Assembly (NCBI GenBank): GCA_965218055.1
Contig: CBDCKA010000002.1
Location: 1,056,695 to 1,120,694, forward strand
Direction: 5' to 3'
Source: Terriglobia bacterium
GTDB lineage: Bacteria > Acidobacteriota > Terriglobia > JAJPHL01 > JAPKYU01
Length of the DNA stretch: 64,000 nucleotides
Positions 62,182-64,000 of the stretch are shown in pieces. Positions within the stretch are counted from its first letter, which is position 1; each line of letters begins with the position of its first letter. Below the pieces are notes generated by a model that worked only from the letters and a program-made list of their open reading frames with translations, did no database searches and had not been told where the DNA came from. A program made the position numbers and the translations under genes.

Positions 62182-63471
62182 ATGCGACTTAGAACTGTAC
62201 TGATCTGCCTGGCCGTCTGTTCGCCCGGTTTGGCCGAGGAGGGCACTCATCACCGTAACATCGGCCAATTGGGAACCGTTCGCTTCCAGATCTCCTGCAG
62301 CCCAAAAGTGCAGGCCCCATTCAGCCGTGCAGCGGCGATGCTGCACTCCTTTTGGTACAACGAGGCGGAAAAGGCCTTCTCCTATGTCGCAGAGGCGGAC
62401 TCGGCGTGCGGAATGGCCTATTGGGGTGTTGCCATGAGTAACTATCATCCAGTTTGGGCGCCCCCGAATCCGGCGGAGTTGAAAAGGGGTGTCGAAGCGG
62501 CCCAAAAGGCCGTTGCCATCGGCGCCAAGACCGTACGGGAACGAGACTACATCGCCGCCATCGCGGCTTTCTACAGGGGCTCCGACAGACTCGATCATCG
62601 GGGCCGCGCTGTCGCCTATGAGAAGGCGATGGAGCAGCTCTACCGCAAGTACCCGGACGACTCAGAAGCAGGCATCTTCTACGCGCTGGCTTTGTTGGGA
62701 ACCGCCCCGCCGACCGACAAGCAGTATGTCAACCAGAGAAAAGCAGCCGGCATTCTGAACAGGCTGCTGCCGAAGAACCCAAACCACCCGGGCGCGGCCC
62801 ACTACATGATCCACAGCTACGACTACCCACAGCTTGCCGAACTGGCGCTTCCCGCCGCCCGGAGCTACGCCAAGATCGCTCCCGATTCACCCCACGCGCT
62901 TCACATGCCGTCTCACATCTTCACGCGCTTGGGACTCTGGGAAGATTCCATTCAATCCAACATTGCTTCGGCAGCGTCCGCCAGGAAGCACGTTCAGCGC
63001 CTCAAGCCTGGCGCGGGGTCCTTCGATCAGGTTCACGCGATGGCGAGCGGCTACGACTGGGCCACTCAGGTGGAAGTCCAGCGCCGCGCCGTCGCCGCGT
63101 GGCTGGCGCATGCGGAAGGCAGAGCTGAAGAAGCCATCCAACTAATGGGTTCGGCGGCCGACCTTGAGGACAGCACTGACAAACATCCGGTCACTCCAGG
63201 CGCCGCGTTGCCGGCGCGGGAACTGTTGGGCGACATGCTTCTTGAACTGAAGCGGCCCGCGGAAGCACTGAAGGAGTTTGAATCTGTATTGAAACAGTCA
63301 CCCAACCGGTTTAACGGGCTCTACGGAGCAGCGCGCGCTGCCAAGCTTTCGGACGATCCGACTAAGGCCAAGGCTTACTTCGCAAAGCTCACCACGCTGG
63401 GCGCCAAGGCGGATACAGTGAGGCCCGAGCTTGAGGAAGCTCGTCAACAGGCCAGCGCCACCTTGCGCTGA
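62182..63471 (+). CDS. secreted TPR-like protein, possibly internally deleted
   Basis: LHSFWY, HPGAAHYMIH, HALHMPSHIF, EDSTDKHPVTPG. Confidence 0.75.
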   Translation: MRLRTVLICLAVCSPGLAEEGTHHRNIGQLGTVRFQISCSPKVQAPFSRAAAMLHSFWYNEAEKAFSYVAEADSACGMAYWGVAMSNYHPVWAPPNPAELKRGVEAAQKAVAIGAKTVRERDYIAAIAAFYRGSDRLDHRGRAVAYEKAMEQLYRKYPDDSEAGIFYALALLGTAPPTDKQYVNQRKAAGILNRLLPKNPNHPGAAHYMIHSYDYPQLAELALPAARSYAKIAPDSPHALHMPSHIFTRLGLWEDSIQSNIASAASARKHVQRLKPGAGSFDQVHAMASGYDWATQVEVQRRAVAAWLAHAEGRAEEAIQLMGSAADLEDSTDKHPVTPGAALPARELLGDMLLELKRPAEALKEFESVLKQSPNRFNGLYGAARAAKLSDDPTKAKAYFAKLTTLGAKADTVRPELEEARQQASATLR

Positions 63472-63550
63472 ACTACGCTCGACCATGACCGCGCAGGGAC
63501 CTCGCCAGGCCCGCCCCGCCACGGGCGAGGCGGACTTTTCGGACACGGCG

Positions 63551-64000
63551 CTAAGATCTCGGATCCAGCAGGGTTGCCACTATCTTGGGATCGGCGGTGG
63601 GTAACTTACACACGTAGTTTTCGCAGATATAGGCGGTGGCGCGTCCCTGCTTCCGGCCCATGCCCTTGATAAAAGGCAGCCACTCGGCCAGCTGCTGTTG
63701 GCCCTGAGCGCCGTCGGCCAGCAACAGGATCTTGTTGGGAATGAAGCGCTCGTGCACCAGACGGAGCAGGGCGCGCGTGTCGGCGCCGTTCGGGTCGCCG
63801 GCAATGATGATCTGCTTCGGCTTGGAAAGTTTGAAGTCCAGCGCGGCAACCAATTGCGGCATCGCATGGGGGAACGTCTGGAGTCGCCGCCCAAATACGG
63901 CGAAGCTTTTCCCCGCTTTCTCTTCCCACGTCTTCCGGCCGGTCATCTGCCATAGCCGCAACAGATTCATGGCGGCAACGGAATTGGGAGAAGGCTCGGC
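63551..64000 (-). CDS. DUF255/YyaL thioredoxin-domain protein, C-terminal part (runs off the window)
   Basis: EPSPNSVAAMNLLRL, ATAYICENYVCKLP. Confidence 0.85.
   Translation of the reverse strand, partial: AEPSPNSVAAMNLLRLWQMTGRKTWEEKAGKSFAVFGRRLQTFPHAMPQLVAALDFKLSKPKQIIIAGDPNGADTRALLRLVHERFIPNKILLLADGAQGQQQLAEWLPFIKGMGRKQGRATAYICENYVCKLPTADPKIVATLLDPRS

Overview
GC-rich bacterial chromosome segment. Gene content (lpxB, AsmA, many TPR proteins, DUF1501/PSD1) suggests Acidobacteriota; this is inference. The backbone carries housekeeping genes: manA/manC/manB, an aminotransferase, coaD, rnc-lepB, rlpA, folE, aspS-hisS, der, a DinG helicase, queD and lpxB. A visibly lower-GC, decayed genomic island (~24.35-39.45 kb) lies downstream of tRNA-Arg(ACG). 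It contains IS1595, IS3, IS1 and IS1380 pieces, integrase, integron-integrase and terminase remnants, methyltransferases, a sulfatase-like protein and a DUF1501/PSD1 pair. The three most interesting items are: (1) a DtxR-family-linked operon of porin + CuA-type cupredoxin + di-heme DHOR protein; (2) a divergent, complete mini transcription unit encoding a 17-aa Lys-rich peptide absent from the ORF track; (3) a convergent pair of a secreted FAM20C-like (pseudo)kinase and a secreted Shewanella-like phosphatase. No CRISPR array or rRNA was seen. Several single-base frameshifts may be assembly errors.
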